Origin: Acutalibacter sp.
GTDB taxonomy: Bacteria; Bacillota; Clostridia; Oscillospirales; Acutalibacteraceae
Assembly: GCA_050946975.1 (NCBI GenBank)
Contig: JBMNVU010000003.1
Span: forward strand, 54,936 to 118,935
DNA length: 64,000 bases
Reading direction: 5' to 3'
This document shows positions 29,259 through 38,675 of this stretch, in pieces. Position 1 is the stretch's first letter. Each line of letters opens with the position of its first letter. The position numbers and the translations under genes are program-made. The notes beneath the pieces are model-generated. The model worked only from the letters and a program-made list of their open reading frames with translations. It ran no database searches and was not told the DNA's origin.

Positions 29259-29798
29259 TTAAGCGTGCATCAAGCTGTCCAAAGCTTTCACCCGCTGCAG
29301 CGCCAGCATCAAGGGCAGACCCAGCACATAACAGACTACCAGCTCCCCGATGCCCACCGACAGAGCGGATGCGCCAAAGGCAGCCCAGGTAAAGTTGCCA
29401 AAGCCAAAGCTCCCTGCAGAAGACAGGCATGCCAGTTCAAAACCGACAATGACCACATTGGCAATGACGGGAGGCAGCGGCGCCAGCACAGGCAGGCCTT
29501 TGACCTTGATGTCCTTCACAAGCCAGGTGCCCACAGCCGCCAGCAAAGTTGCCCCTGTGCCGAAGACCCAATCCACAATTCCCAAGGGACTGCCCAAATT
29601 GGCAATAAAACAGCCAAGGGCCAATCCGGGGATCGCGGCGGGAGTGAACACCGGCAGCACGGTCAGCGCTTCGGAGAAGCGGAACTGTACCGCACCATAG
29701 GCCAGGTTCAAGGCCGCAGCCACCATCGTCAGGACAGCATACAGCGCCGCAATCACAGCGCCCAGCGCCAGAAAGCGGACTTTTTTGGAAGTGCTCAT
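29259..29798 (-). CDS. queT: QueT-family queuosine-precursor transporter (ECF S-component-like)
   Basis: 179 aa from ATG at 29798 (AGGAGG RBS): MSTSKKVRFLALGAVIAALYAVLTMV...VQFRFSEALTVLP. Preceded by a preQ1 riboswitch. Confidence 0.8.
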   Translation of the reverse strand: MSTSKKVRFLALGAVIAALYAVLTMVAAALNLAYGAVQFRFSEALTVLPVFTPAAIPGLALGCFIANLGSPLGIVDWVFGTGATLLAAVGTWLVKDIKVKGLPVLAPLPPVIANVVIVGFELACLSSAGSFGFGNFTWAAFGASALSVGIGELVVCYVLGLPLMLALQRVKALDSLMHA

Positions 29799-29807
29799 AT
29801 TCAGTTT

Positions 29808-29847
29808 CCTCCTAGTATTTTTTAAGGTCAGGATGTCGCGACTGACC
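29808..29847 (-). promoter_or_regulatory. preQ1-I riboswitch aptamer overlapping the queT Shine-Dalgarno
   Basis: Minus strand: GGUCAG-UCGCGACAUC-CUGACC-UUAAAAAAUACUAGGAGG. It has a 6-bp P1, a loop starting UCGC with a C before the 3' P1 strand, and an A-rich tail running into AGGAGG. This closely parallels the T. tengcongensis aptamer CUGGG-UCGCAGUAAC-CCCAG-UUAACAAAACAAGG. Confidence 0.7.
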
Positions 29848-29962
29848 GCGGGCGCAGCCCGCATCAGATAGGATACACTCTTTTCCAGCAAAAATCAAGA
29901 AAAATATTAGCTCCCCCCTTGCAGGAGTTCTGGGAATGTTTTATAATAATGGAGTTTCGTAT

Positions 29963-30046
29963 GCGGGCATGGCGGAATTGGCAGACGCGCCAGATTTAGG
30001 TTCTGGTGGGTTTCCCGTGCAGGTTCAAGTCCTGTTGCCCGCACCA
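29963..30046 (+). tRNA. tRNA-Leu (anticodon TAG), CCA encoded
   Basis: GCGGGCA acceptor pairs with TGCCCGC. Anticodon arm CCAGA-TTTAGGT-TCTGG, long variable arm, T-loop GGTTCAAGTCC, 3' ACCA. Confidence 0.92.
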
Positions 30047-30063
30047 GGGGGATCCCCCAATAT

Positions 30064-30100
30064 GTCGCGAACTTCACTGCGGTGGAGTTCGCGATTTTTT
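30064..30100 (+). terminator. intrinsic terminator after tRNA-Leu
   Basis: TCGCGAACTTCAC-tgcg-GTGGAGTTCGCGA followed by TTTTTTT. Confidence 0.85.
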
Positions 30101-30114
30101 TGGATCTCAACAAT

Positions 30115-30148
30115 TAAAGGGTCGGCTGCAGCTGGCAGCCGACCCTTT
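30115..30148. terminator. second, bidirectional terminator (also serves the convergent GH3 gene)
   Basis: AAAGGGTCGGCTGC-agctg-GCAGCCGACCCTTTT. Confidence 0.8.
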
Positions 30149-30194
30149 TCTATGGCTTTCTAAAACTAAATATAAGTACTCCGATTGCCAGGAA

Positions 30195-32396
30195 TCAAGC
30201 CAGTTCCACATTCACCTGGACAGGCGCCCTGCCGGTCAGCTCCTCACTGCGCCGGTCAGGCTGGGAGAAGCCAACATACACTGTGAAGCGATTGCCCCGA
30301 ACCTGGCGCACGCCATCCTCGTCCACGGTGGTCAACGCCCGCTGAGGCAGAGTCACCTGGATTTCCTGCTCCTGGCCCTTGGCCAAGTGCACCCTCTGGA
30401 ATGTTCCCAAACTGGCGTTGGGCGCGGCCCACTGCGTTTCCTCCGGCTTCACGTAGACCTGCAGCACGTCGTCGGTCTCCACTCCGTCGTTGCGGACTTT
30501 GACAACTAAATGAACGCCTTCCTCATCCACAGCATGGGAGGTCACTTCTGTCACCTGACAGTCCCCATAGGTGAGTCCATACCCAAAGGGATACAGCACT
30601 TCTCCCTGATAGTAGCGGTACGTGCGGCCGGCCATGGTATAGTCAGTGAACTCCGGCAGATCCTCCAGGCCGTTGTAGAAGGTGACGGGCAGCTTGCCAC
30701 TGGGAGAGGCCTCCCCAAACAGCACCTGAGCCACTGCCTTACCTCCCCGTGCGCCGGGGTACCATGCCTGCAACACTGCATTGGCCTTCTCCTGGGGCAG
30801 CCGTAGATCCACTGCGCTGCCGGTCATATTCACCACAACCACAGGCTTGCCACAATCCAGAAGCTCTTCCAGCAGACGCTGTTGGCAAAGAGGCAGGTTG
30901 AGGTCCAGCTTATCTCCGGAAGCGTAAGCATTGCCGGCGTCGCCGCCCTCGCCCTCCAATGTCTCGTCCAAACCTACCACCAGCACCACCACGTCGGAAC
31001 AGGCCGCCACGGACTCAGCCTCGGCGATCCCATCGGGCATGCTCTTGGCATAGGCCATCTCGTACTGTTTGTCGTGGCGCTCCTTTGGAGTCAAATCTTC
31101 TTGGTTCAGCTTGTCCAGTTCCTCCACCTCGTACCCGGCATTCAGGGAAAGAGGCTCCATATGGGGCTCAAACAAGTGGCTACCCTGGGCGTACATCACC
31201 TGGGCGCCGGCCTTTTCCGCGGCGTCCTGGATGCCTTCCAGCACGGTGATATACCGGCTGGCTGTGCCATGGTAATTGCCGATCAGCGCTCTGCGGCTGT
31301 TGGCATTGGGGCCAATGACGCCAATGATCATCCCCTCCTTCAACTGAACCGGCAGAATACCGTCATTTTTCAGCAGGACCAGGCTCTCTCTGGCCATTTT
31401 CTCCGACAGGGTCAGATGCTCCGGAGTCTCCACGTCTTTGCGGCCCAGGCCATCGTAGGGAGTCTCGTCAAACATGCCCAGCAAGAACCGGGTGGTGAAC
31501 AGGCGCACGCAGGACCGCTCCACGTACTTTTCGTCCAGCAAGCCCTCCTTCACTGCGTTCAAAATCCGCTGGTATGTACAGCCGCAGTTGACATCACATC
31601 CATTTTCCAGGGCAAGCTTCACCGACTCCTCCGGCCGGCTGGTGATCTTATGGTTCTGGTGAAAGTCTGCAACAGCCCAGCAGTCGGATACAAAGTGCCC
31701 CTCAAACCCCCAGGTCCCCCGGAGAATCTTCTGCAGGGAGGGACTGCCGCAGCAGACCTCTCCATTGGTTCGGTTATAGGCACCCATCACAGCCTCTACA
31801 TGGGCCTCCTTTACGCAGGCCTCAAAGGCGGGAAGATAGGTCTCTTCCATGTCTTTCTTGCTGGCTACGGCATTGAAACTGTGCCGCAGGGCCTCGGGCC
31901 CGGAATGTACGGCGAAATGCTTGGCACAGGCAGCTGCCAGCAGGTACTCCCCCTGGCCCTGAAGCCCCTCAATATACGCCACACCCATGCGGGAGGTGAG
32001 CTCCGGATCTTCTCCGTAAGTCTCATGGCCCCGACCCCACCTGGGATCCCGAAAGATGTTTACATTGGGTGCCCAAAAGGTCAGGCCTTTATAGATGTTC
32101 CGGTCCCCTCGGGAAGAGGCCTCGTTGTATTTCGCACGGCCCTCCACACCAGTGACATGTCCCACCTCTTTCATCAGGGGGGCGTCAAAGGCGGCAGCCA
32201 TACCGATGGCCTGGGGAAACATGGTGGCCACTCCGGCCCGAGCCACACCGTGCAGGGCTTCGTTCCACCAGTTGTAGGCGGGAATTCCCAGCCTCGGAAT
32301 AGCCGGCGAATCATACCGCAGCTGTGAGGCCTTCTCCTCCAGGGTCATTTGATCCACCAGAGCCTGTGCCCTGGCTTTTGCCTGTGTTCTGTCCAT
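30195..32396 (-). CDS. glycoside hydrolase family 3 (beta-glucosidase/beta-xylosidase type)
   Basis: 733 aa from ATG at 32396 (AAGGAG 8 nt upstream): MDRTQAKARAQALVDQMTLEEKASQL...IPAYNWWNEALHG. Nucleophile region GFEGHFVSDCWA and a C-terminal Fn3-like domain. The 83-codon extension in the ORF track is not protein-like. Confidence 0.88.
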   Translation of the reverse strand: MDRTQAKARAQALVDQMTLEEKASQLRYDSPAIPRLGIPAYNWWNEALHGVARAGVATMFPQAIGMAAAFDAPLMKEVGHVTGVEGRAKYNEASSRGDRNIYKGLTFWAPNVNIFRDPRWGRGHETYGEDPELTSRMGVAYIEGLQGQGEYLLAAACAKHFAVHSGPEALRHSFNAVASKKDMEETYLPAFEACVKEAHVEAVMGAYNRTNGEVCCGSPSLQKILRGTWGFEGHFVSDCWAVADFHQNHKITSRPEESVKLALENGCDVNCGCTYQRILNAVKEGLLDEKYVERSCVRLFTTRFLLGMFDETPYDGLGRKDVETPEHLTLSEKMARESLVLLKNDGILPVQLKEGMIIGVIGPNANSRRALIGNYHGTASRYITVLEGIQDAAEKAGAQVMYAQGSHLFEPHMEPLSLNAGYEVEELDKLNQEDLTPKERHDKQYEMAYAKSMPDGIAEAESVAACSDVVVLVVGLDETLEGEGGDAGNAYASGDKLDLNLPLCQQRLLEELLDCGKPVVVVNMTGSAVDLRLPQEKANAVLQAWYPGARGGKAVAQVLFGEASPSGKLPVTFYNGLEDLPEFTDYTMAGRTYRYYQGEVLYPFGYGLTYGDCQVTEVTSHAVDEEGVHLVVKVRNDGVETDDVLQVYVKPEETQWAAPNASLGTFQRVHLAKGQEQEIQVTLPQRALTTVDEDGVRQVRGNRFTVYVGFSQPDRRSEELTGRAPVQVNVELA

Positions 32397-32750
32397 ATGG
32401 GAAACTCCTTTGCAAAAGAAATATGCGAGACTGCTCTGACGTGGCCGCCTTTCAGTCCCGTGGAACTGTGACATCCTTCGCTGGAGGCTCCCGCCTATCA
32501 CGGGAACCTCTCCCGCACCCGCCTGGAAAATTCCCATTGGAAAGGGAATTTCTCCTCCCCTCAGCTGGCGCACCCACGAAGAATTCCTCTTTAGTGTATT
32601 CCACAATACCCATTTTTTCAATGGGAAATTGCCATTTTTTTGCAAAACCTTTCACTTTTCCTGGGGATGCTGCGCCTTGCCATGACAGTTTCCTGTCACC
32701 GCGCAAAAGGCTGCCTCCACTTCCAGGCATCTGAAATTCTCCCACCCTTG

Positions 32751-32788
32751 CAAAAAACAAAAGGACCACCCACAGGGGCAGTCCTTCC
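32751..32788 (-). terminator. intrinsic terminator after yeiH-like gene
   Basis: Minus strand: GGAAGGACTGCCCCTGTGGGTGGTCCTT followed by TTGTTTTTTG. Confidence 0.65.
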
Positions 32789-32818
32789 AGAGATTCAAAC
32801 GGTTTTTCTGGGATTCTT

Positions 32819-33847
32819 TTACCAAATCCCCAGCACATGCTGCATACCCAGACTCACTGCGGCGATGGCCACCCAGCAGCAAGCCCCCAACAGAATGGGT
32901 TTGCCGCCGGTACGCACCAGCTTGACCAGGTTGGTGTTCAATCCAATGGCTCCCATAGCCATGATGATAAAGAACTTGGAAAGCTCCTTAAAGGGCTGGA
33001 ACACACTGCTGGGAACTCCCATGGCTCCGGTTACCGTGGTGATCACAGAAGCCAGCACAAAGAACAGGATAAAGAACGGGAAAACCTTTTTCAGGGAGAA
33101 GGTGCTCTCCCCTGTTCCACCAGCACGCTTGGCCTTGGCGGTACGCCACATGGCCAAACCCAGGGTGATGGGGATAATAGCCAGGGTACGGGTCAGCTTG
33201 ACGATGGTGGCTTGATCCAGGGTGTTGGCACCGGGATGCAGGCCATCCCAAGCGGTGGCCGCCGCTGTCACAGAGGAGGTATCGTTGACAGCAGTGCCAG
33301 CAAACAGTCCAAATCCCTGGTTGGACAGGCCCAGCATGCCGCCCAAGGTGGGGAAAATCAATGCGGCGGCAATGTTGAACAGGAAAATTACGGAAATCGC
33401 CTGAGCCACTTCCTCGTCATCGGCCTCCACCACAGGGGCAGCGGCAGCGATGGCGGAGCCACCACAGATGGAGGATCCCACACCAATCAAAGTTGCGGTG
33501 TTGGAGGGCAGTTTCATAACCTTCCACAGCAGGAAGCTGACCAACAGGGACACGGAAATAGTGGACAGGATGATGGGCAGGGACTGGGCACCCACCCGGG
33601 CAATCTGGGACAGGTCCAAACCAAAGCCCAGCAAGATGACAGCGTACTGAAGCACCTTTTTGGAGGTGAACGCAATGCCGGGCTGCGTGCGGTTTTTCTT
33701 GCGATAGAACAGGGCGATCACCATACCGATGAGAATGGCAAACACCGGCCCGCCTACAACAGGCAGGAGTTTACCCAGCATCCAGCTGGGCACGGCCACA
33801 ACCACGCACAGCACCAGGCCGGGCGCGTATTTCTTGATAAGCTGCAT
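32819..33847 (-). CDS. yeiH: YeiH/UPF0324-family membrane protein (putative sulfate/anion exporter)
   Basis: 342-aa polytopic protein: [26 protein letters not shown]... Divergent from a LysR regulator, as in the yeiE-yeiH pair. Confidence 0.75.
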   Translation of the reverse strand: MQLIKKYAPGLVLCVVVAVPSWMLGKLLPVVGGPVFAILIGMVIALFYRKKNRTQPGIAFTSKKVLQYAVILLGFGLDLSQIARVGAQSLPIILSTISVSLLVSFLLWKVMKLPSNTATLIGVGSSICGGSAIAAAAPVVEADDEEVAQAISVIFLFNIAAALIFPTLGGMLGLSNQGFGLFAGTAVNDTSSVTAAATAWDGLHPGANTLDQATIVKLTRTLAIIPITLGLAMWRTAKAKRAGGTGESTFSLKKVFPFFILFFVLASVITTVTGAMGVPSSVFQPFKELSKFFIIMAMGAIGLNTNLVKLVRTGGKPILLGACCWVAIAAVSLGMQHVLGIW

Positions 33848-33978
33848 TTGGAACCTCTCCCCTCATTTGGTAAGCATTGGATGACGGTATTACTATACTC
33901 TCATTCGACAATAAAGTAAAATAATCTTTCTTTATTTATTAATAAGTCGATATTATAATTGTTGGAGAGGTGATTTTC

Positions 33979-34869
33979 ATGCTGGACCTGCGCGTAGAGA
34001 CCTTTTTGGCCGTGTGCCGGACCATGAATTATACGAAAGCCGCAGAGGAACTCCACATCACTCAGCCTGCGGTGTCCCAGCACATCCATGGGCTGGAATC
34101 CCAATACCGGACAAAGCTCTTCCGCTATGAGAACCGGCGGCTTTCCCTGACAGAAAGCGGACAGCTGCTGCGCCGGACTGCCGAAACCATGGTACACGAC
34201 GCCCGTCGGATGGAGGAGGCCATCCACGCTGCAGACAACCGACGTTCCCTCCACTTTGGCGCTACACTGACCATCGGAGAGTACTGTATGGCCGAGCCAT
34301 TGCATCGGCTGCTTCGAGAGGAACCGGACACCCAAATTCAGATGCTCACCGCCAACACCTACGAGCTGCTGACCTTGCTGGACCGGGGCGAGATCGACTT
34401 TGCTGTGGTGGAGGGGAATTTTGACCAGTCGGCCTACGACAGTCTGGTGTACTCCACCCAACGATTCATCCCTGTTGCGGCGGCGAATTACCCTTTTCCC
34501 CAGCCAGTCCGAATATTGGCTCATCTGTTGGGGGAGCGGCTGCTGGTGCGGGAGCCCGGGTCTGGCACGCGGAATGTCCTGGAGCGGGCTCTGGAAAGCC
34601 GGAATCTCTCTGTGGATTCCTTCGCCAAGGTGACTGAACTGGGCAGCCTCAACCTGATCAAACAGCTGGCTGAACAGGGGGCTGGCATTGCTTTCTTCTA
34701 CGAACCTGTGGTTCGCCAGGAGCTGGAATCCGGCACCTTGGTGGAAATCCCCTTGTCAGACTGCGCCATCACTCACGACTTCTCTTTTCTCTGGAAACGG
34801 GGCAGCGCCTTTTCTCAAGAGTACCGCCGGTATTTTTCCATGCTTCAGGAGACGGCGGAAAGCCCATAA
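33979..34869 (+). CDS. LysR-family transcriptional regulator
   Basis: 296 aa from ATG at 33979 (GGAGAGG RBS). HTH NYTKAAEELHITQPAVSQHIHGLE. The AT-rich divergent intergenic region contains T-N11-A-like sequences. Confidence 0.88.
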   Translation: MLDLRVETFLAVCRTMNYTKAAEELHITQPAVSQHIHGLESQYRTKLFRYENRRLSLTESGQLLRRTAETMVHDARRMEEAIHAADNRRSLHFGATLTIGEYCMAEPLHRLLREEPDTQIQMLTANTYELLTLLDRGEIDFAVVEGNFDQSAYDSLVYSTQRFIPVAAANYPFPQPVRILAHLLGERLLVREPGSGTRNVLERALESRNLSVDSFAKVTELGSLNLIKQLAEQGAGIAFFYEPVVRQELESGTLVEIPLSDCAITHDFSFLWKRGSAFSQEYRRYFSMLQETAESP

Positions 34870-34905
34870 AAAAAGCCTTTGGGAAATTTCCCAAAGGCTT
34901 TTTTC
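34868..34905. terminator. bidirectional intrinsic terminator between the LysR gene and the MIF-like gene
   Basis: AAAAAAAGCCTTTGGGAAATTTCCCAAAGGCTTTTTT. Confidence 0.85.
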
Positions 34906-34924
34906 TTGCTTTCACTTTTACCTG

Positions 34925-35272
34925 TTACAGGTTGGTGCCCTTCCAGCCCCAATCCGTCACAGCAATATAGCGGACATACATATCAGCAGGAGCCACCCCC
35001 AACTGACTCTGGAACAGGGCGTACATGTCCTCGGTCATGGCCTGGGCTCCGGCCTTGTCAATGGAACCGCCAAAGGTCTTGACTTCCACCATGGCCAGGG
35101 GCTTGTCCCCCTGCCCACCAAACCACATGCGGCACTTGTCCTCCAGGCAGACCATCAGCGAAGAGCTGCTCTTGCCGGGCAGATGGGTGATGCTCTTCCC
35201 CAGGCCGTCCTTGACAATCTCCGCGGCCTCTGGGGTGACTTCCACGTTGGTTCTGATCTGAATAAATGGCAT
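34925..35272 (-). CDS. MIF/tautomerase-superfamily protein (phenylpyruvate tautomerase-like)
   Basis: 115 aa starting MPFIQIRTN (catalytic Pro-1 context). Beta-alpha-beta repeat length typical of the MIF family. Confidence 0.65.
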   Translation of the reverse strand: MPFIQIRTNVEVTPEAAEIVKDGLGKSITHLPGKSSSSLMVCLEDKCRMWFGGQGDKPLAMVEVKTFGGSIDKAGAQAMTEDMYALFQSQLGVAPADMYVRYIAVTDWGWKGTNL

Positions 35273-35308
35273 ACAACTTCCTCCTCATTTCCGGCGAAAC
35301 CGGATGAC

Positions 35309-36088
35309 TTATTCTGCGGGCGGGATCTCCCCCACTCCGTTCAACACCAGACGGGGCCGATAGGGGAACCGCTCCATCTCCTCCCTGGTGGTGACACCGG
35401 ACAACACCAAAAGCGTATCCAGGCCCGTTTCGATGCCGGCCACAATATCCGTATCCATCCGGTCACCGATAATGGCCGCCTCCTGGGAGTGTACTCCCAA
35501 CAGCCGCAGGCCGGTGCGCATCATCAGGGGATTGGGTTTGCCAATGAAATAGGCGTTCTGCCCGGTAGTCATCTCAATGGGAGCCACCAGCGCACGACAG
35601 GCCGGAACAATGCCCTCTTCCGTGGGGCCGGTCAAGTCGGAGTTGCTGCCGATCAACCGGGCCCCTCCCTGCACCAGATGCACCGCCTTGCAGATGGCAT
35701 CGTAGGTGTAGTTGGAGGATTCTCCGATCACCACGTAATCCGGATTGACGTCGCTCAGGGTGATCCCCTTGTCGTACAGGGCATTGTACAAACCAGGGTC
35801 GCCAATGACATAGGCCTTGGCGCCAGGCTGCTGGGATGCAATGAAATCCGCTGTGGCAAGGGCGCTGGTGTAGAAGTGCTTCTCATCCACCTCTAGTCCC
35901 ATGCGGGACAGCTTGTCCTGCAGCTCCCGGGGCGTCTTGCTGCTGCTGTTGGTCAAAAACAGAAACTGCTTGCCCTCCCGGTACAGCCAATCCACAAATT
36001 CCTTCACACCGGGCAACAGCCGGTTGCCGTGATAGATCACACCGTCCATATCGCAGATATAGCCCAGTTTCCCTCGAAATTGATCCAT
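35309..36088 (-). CDS. HAD-IIA family sugar-phosphate phosphatase (NagD-like)
   Basis: 259 aa. Motif I CDMDGVIYHG, motif II FLTNSS, motif IV GDRMDTD. Confidence 0.82.
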   Translation of the reverse strand: MDQFRGKLGYICDMDGVIYHGNRLLPGVKEFVDWLYREGKQFLFLTNSSSKTPRELQDKLSRMGLEVDEKHFYTSALATADFIASQQPGAKAYVIGDPGLYNALYDKGITLSDVNPDYVVIGESSNYTYDAICKAVHLVQGGARLIGSNSDLTGPTEEGIVPACRALVAPIEMTTGQNAYFIGKPNPLMMRTGLRLLGVHSQEAAIIGDRMDTDIVAGIETGLDTLLVLSGVTTREEMERFPYRPRLVLNGVGEIPPAE

Positions 36089-36256
36089 AGTTCCACTCCC
36101 TTATCCGGCGGATCCCGCCGTGCTTTCCGTCTGGGTTGACTTCTTCATTGTACCTTGTTTATGCGGTGAAATCAAGGGGTTCCATGGAACAGTTGCTTTT
36201 TCTCACGCCTTTGGCTAAAATAGAGGGGTTATCTTTTAAAAAGCGAGGTGCCTGCA

Positions 36257-37426
36257 TTGAATACAAAGGAAGTTTCTGAGCTGCGCCGCAGGTGGCAGCT
36301 GGATAAAAACGCGGTCAAACGGATTTACGGCTGCTTTGTCAACGAGCGGAAAGAGATCGTGGCCGACCTGGACGAACCTCTGGGCAGAATGCCCCAGGAA
36401 GAGGCTGAGGAGTACTTCTCCCTGCTGAAGAAAACCCTCTCCGGCAAGCTGGGGAAGAACCTCATTGATCTGGTATTTTCCACCCAGCAGGTGGCCGACA
36501 GCGACGAGCACCGGCTGCTTTCCGCCCTGCGCTCCTCCGGACTTCAGGACGGCGACGCCCGGAAGGCCTTTTATCAAAAAGCTGTGGACAGTCTGGAGAC
36601 GGAGGGCAGTTACCTGTTACTACTGGCCCACGACACCTACGACGTCCCCTCCCGAGCCAAGGACGGCGGCTCTCTGGAGGACGGAGAAAACGTATTTTCC
36701 TACATTCTGTGCGCGGTGTGCCCGGTAAAAGAAGGCAAACGAGGCTTGGGCTATTACGCTGGGGACAACGAGTTCCACAGCTTTGCCCCCCAGACCGTGA
36801 CTCCGCCGGAATACGGGTTCCTCTTCCCGGCCTTTGACGACCGGGCCGCCAACCTGTACAACGCTCTGTTCTACTGTCGCAAAGCTGGGGAACTTCCTGA
36901 GGCATTTCTGGACAGCATCTTCCACACAGAGATTCCCATGTCTGCCCAGGAGCAGAAGGAGTCCTTCCAGGAGGCACTGGCTGAAGCCCTGGGCTCTGAC
37001 TGCAGCATGGAGGTGGCCCAGGCGGTGCACAGCCAGCTCAGCGAGCTCATTGAGGACCACAAGCAGCGAAAGGATCCGGAGCCCCTCACCGTCACCGCCA
37101 AGGATATCACCCGCATTCTGGAGGACTGCCAAGTGCCCCAGGAACAGGTTGCCGCTTTCCAGGAACTGTGCGGGGAACGCTTTGGCGAAGGCGCCGCCAT
37201 GAACCCCGTAAACCTGATTGACGCGGGAAAGGTGGAGATCAAGACGCCCCAGGTATCCGTCACCGTGGAGCCGGAGTGCTCCTATCTGGTGGAGAGCAGG
37301 ATCATTGACGGCCGAAAGTACCTGCTGATTCCAGCGGGAGAAGGGGTGGAATTCAACGGCTTGGCTGTGCGCATTCCCAGCGAGACACAGCCGGACGTGA
37401 CCGACACCCCCGAAGCAACCGACTGA
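36257..37426 (+). CDS. DUF4317 domain-containing protein (function unknown)
   Basis: 389 aa from TTG at 36257 (GAGGTG 6 nt upstream): (M)NTKEVSELRRRWQLDKNAVKRIYGCFVNERKEIVADL... It matches the characteristic DUF4317 N-terminus and has an acidic C-terminus. Confidence 0.65.
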   Translation: MNTKEVSELRRRWQLDKNAVKRIYGCFVNERKEIVADLDEPLGRMPQEEAEEYFSLLKKTLSGKLGKNLIDLVFSTQQVADSDEHRLLSALRSSGLQDGDARKAFYQKAVDSLETEGSYLLLLAHDTYDVPSRAKDGGSLEDGENVFSYILCAVCPVKEGKRGLGYYAGDNEFHSFAPQTVTPPEYGFLFPAFDDRAANLYNALFYCRKAGELPEAFLDSIFHTEIPMSAQEQKESFQEALAEALGSDCSMEVAQAVHSQLSELIEDHKQRKDPEPLTVTAKDITRILEDCQVPQEQVAAFQELCGERFGEGAAMNPVNLIDAGKVEIKTPQVSVTVEPECSYLVESRIIDGRKYLLIPAGEGVEFNGLAVRIPSETQPDVTDTPEATD

Positions 37427-37484
37427 TCCCACAGAAAAAGCCCCGAGCTGACTCCCACAGCCCGGGGCATTTTTATCCGCTTGT

Positions 37485-38651
37485 TCAGTTTTCCAGCAAG
37501 CACACCGCTGTGGCGGCAATGCCCTCCCCACTGCCGGTAAAGCCAAGGCCTTCCTCTGTGGTGGCCTTGACGCTGACCGCTCCTAGGGAGATCCCGCATG
37601 CCTTGGCAAGGTTCTCCCGCATCCGGGGGATCCAGGACGCCAACTTGGGGCGCTGAGCCACCACGGTGGCATCAATGTTGCCGATGGCGTACCCTTTCTC
37701 CCGAAGCAGGGCACAAACCTGCTCCAACAGCACCAGGCTGTCCGCTCCCTCGTACTTGGGATCGTTGTCCGGGAACAGCTTGCCAATATCCCCCAGAGCT
37801 GCTGCACCCAACAGGGCATCCGCGATGGCATGGGCCAACACATCCGCGTCGGAGTGGCCCAGCAGCCCCTTTTCATAGGGGACCTCCACGCCCCCCAGAA
37901 TCAGCCGCCGGCCCTCTACCAGCTTGTGCACGTCATAGCCGGATCCAATCCGCATGGTCCTGGCCTCCTTTCCCAAATACGCCCGAGCCGCCAAACGGTC
38001 CTCCGGGGTGGTCAGCTTGAGGTTGCGGTAATCCCCCGGGGTCATCTTCACCCGGCCTCCTGCTGCCTCAATGAGCTGGCAATCGTCCGTGTAGGCGTTC
38101 CCAGACGCCCTGGCCTTGCTGAGGGCATATAGATACATCTCCCGTTCAAAGGCCTGGGGTGTCTGCACCGCCATCAGCCGGTCCCGGGGCGGCGTGGACT
38201 CCACGTACCCCTGACCATCGGTGAGCTTGCAGGTATCCTTTACTGGGACAGCCACTGCTGCCGCCCCGCACTCCATGGTATCCCTGCACAGGGCATCCAC
38301 CATCTCCGCCGTGACAAAGGGCCGGGCACCATCGTGGATCATCACGTAGCCCAGCTCCTCCGGCAGAGCTTCCACCCCGGCAAGGACGGAATCCTGGCGC
38401 TCGCTGCCTCCGGGAACCACCGCCACAGGCTTGTCCGTCCGGCCTTTCAGCAGAGTCTCCACCTGAGGCAGATCCTCCTCCCGGCAGGCCACTGCCAATC
38501 CCCCCACCCAGGGGGATGACGCCAGAACATCAAAGGAGTGGAGCAGCACCGGTTTGCCGCCTAAATTCTCCAGCACTTTGGAGGTCTTACCCCCCATCCG
38601 GCTGGAGCTGCCCGCGGCTACAATCACCGCGCCAAAACGACCAGGTTCCAC
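37485..38651 (-). CDS. ispDF: bifunctional 2-C-methyl-D-erythritol 4-phosphate cytidylyltransferase / 2,4-cyclodiphosphate synthase
   Basis: 388 aa. IspD N-half ([15 protein letters not shown]). IspF C-half ([15 protein letters not shown]...[28 protein letters not shown]). GTG start with AAGGAGAG RBS. Confidence 0.9.
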   Translation of the reverse strand: MEPGRFGAVIVAAGSSSRMGGKTSKVLENLGGKPVLLHSFDVLASSPWVGGLAVACREEDLPQVETLLKGRTDKPVAVVPGGSERQDSVLAGVEALPEELGYVMIHDGARPFVTAEMVDALCRDTMECGAAAVAVPVKDTCKLTDGQGYVESTPPRDRLMAVQTPQAFEREMYLYALSKARASGNAYTDDCQLIEAAGGRVKMTPGDYRNLKLTTPEDRLAARAYLGKEARTMRIGSGYDVHKLVEGRRLILGGVEVPYEKGLLGHSDADVLAHAIADALLGAAALGDIGKLFPDNDPKYEGADSLVLLEQVCALLREKGYAIGNIDATVVAQRPKLASWIPRMRENLAKACGISLGAVSVKATTEEGLGFTGSGEGIAATAVCLLEN

Positions 38652-38675
38652 AGCGTTCTCTCCTTCCTCGTGCTT

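Noticed and set aside
30195-32645. Long N-terminal extensions offered by the ORF track (for example GH3 816 aa, DUF3793 256 aa, DUF3783 212 aa, purE 250 aa, uxaC 489 aa)
   Set aside because: In each case an internal ATG, GTG or TTG with a well-spaced AGGAGG-type RBS coincides with the conserved family N-terminus. The upstream extensions are not protein-like, or they overlap neighbouring genes, promoters or terminators.
33848-33978. Very AT-rich 131-nt yeiH/LysR intergenic region as possible foreign DNA or mobile-element scar
   Set aside because: It is a typical divergent promoter region with LysR-type T-N11-A-like sequences, and there are no flanking repeats.
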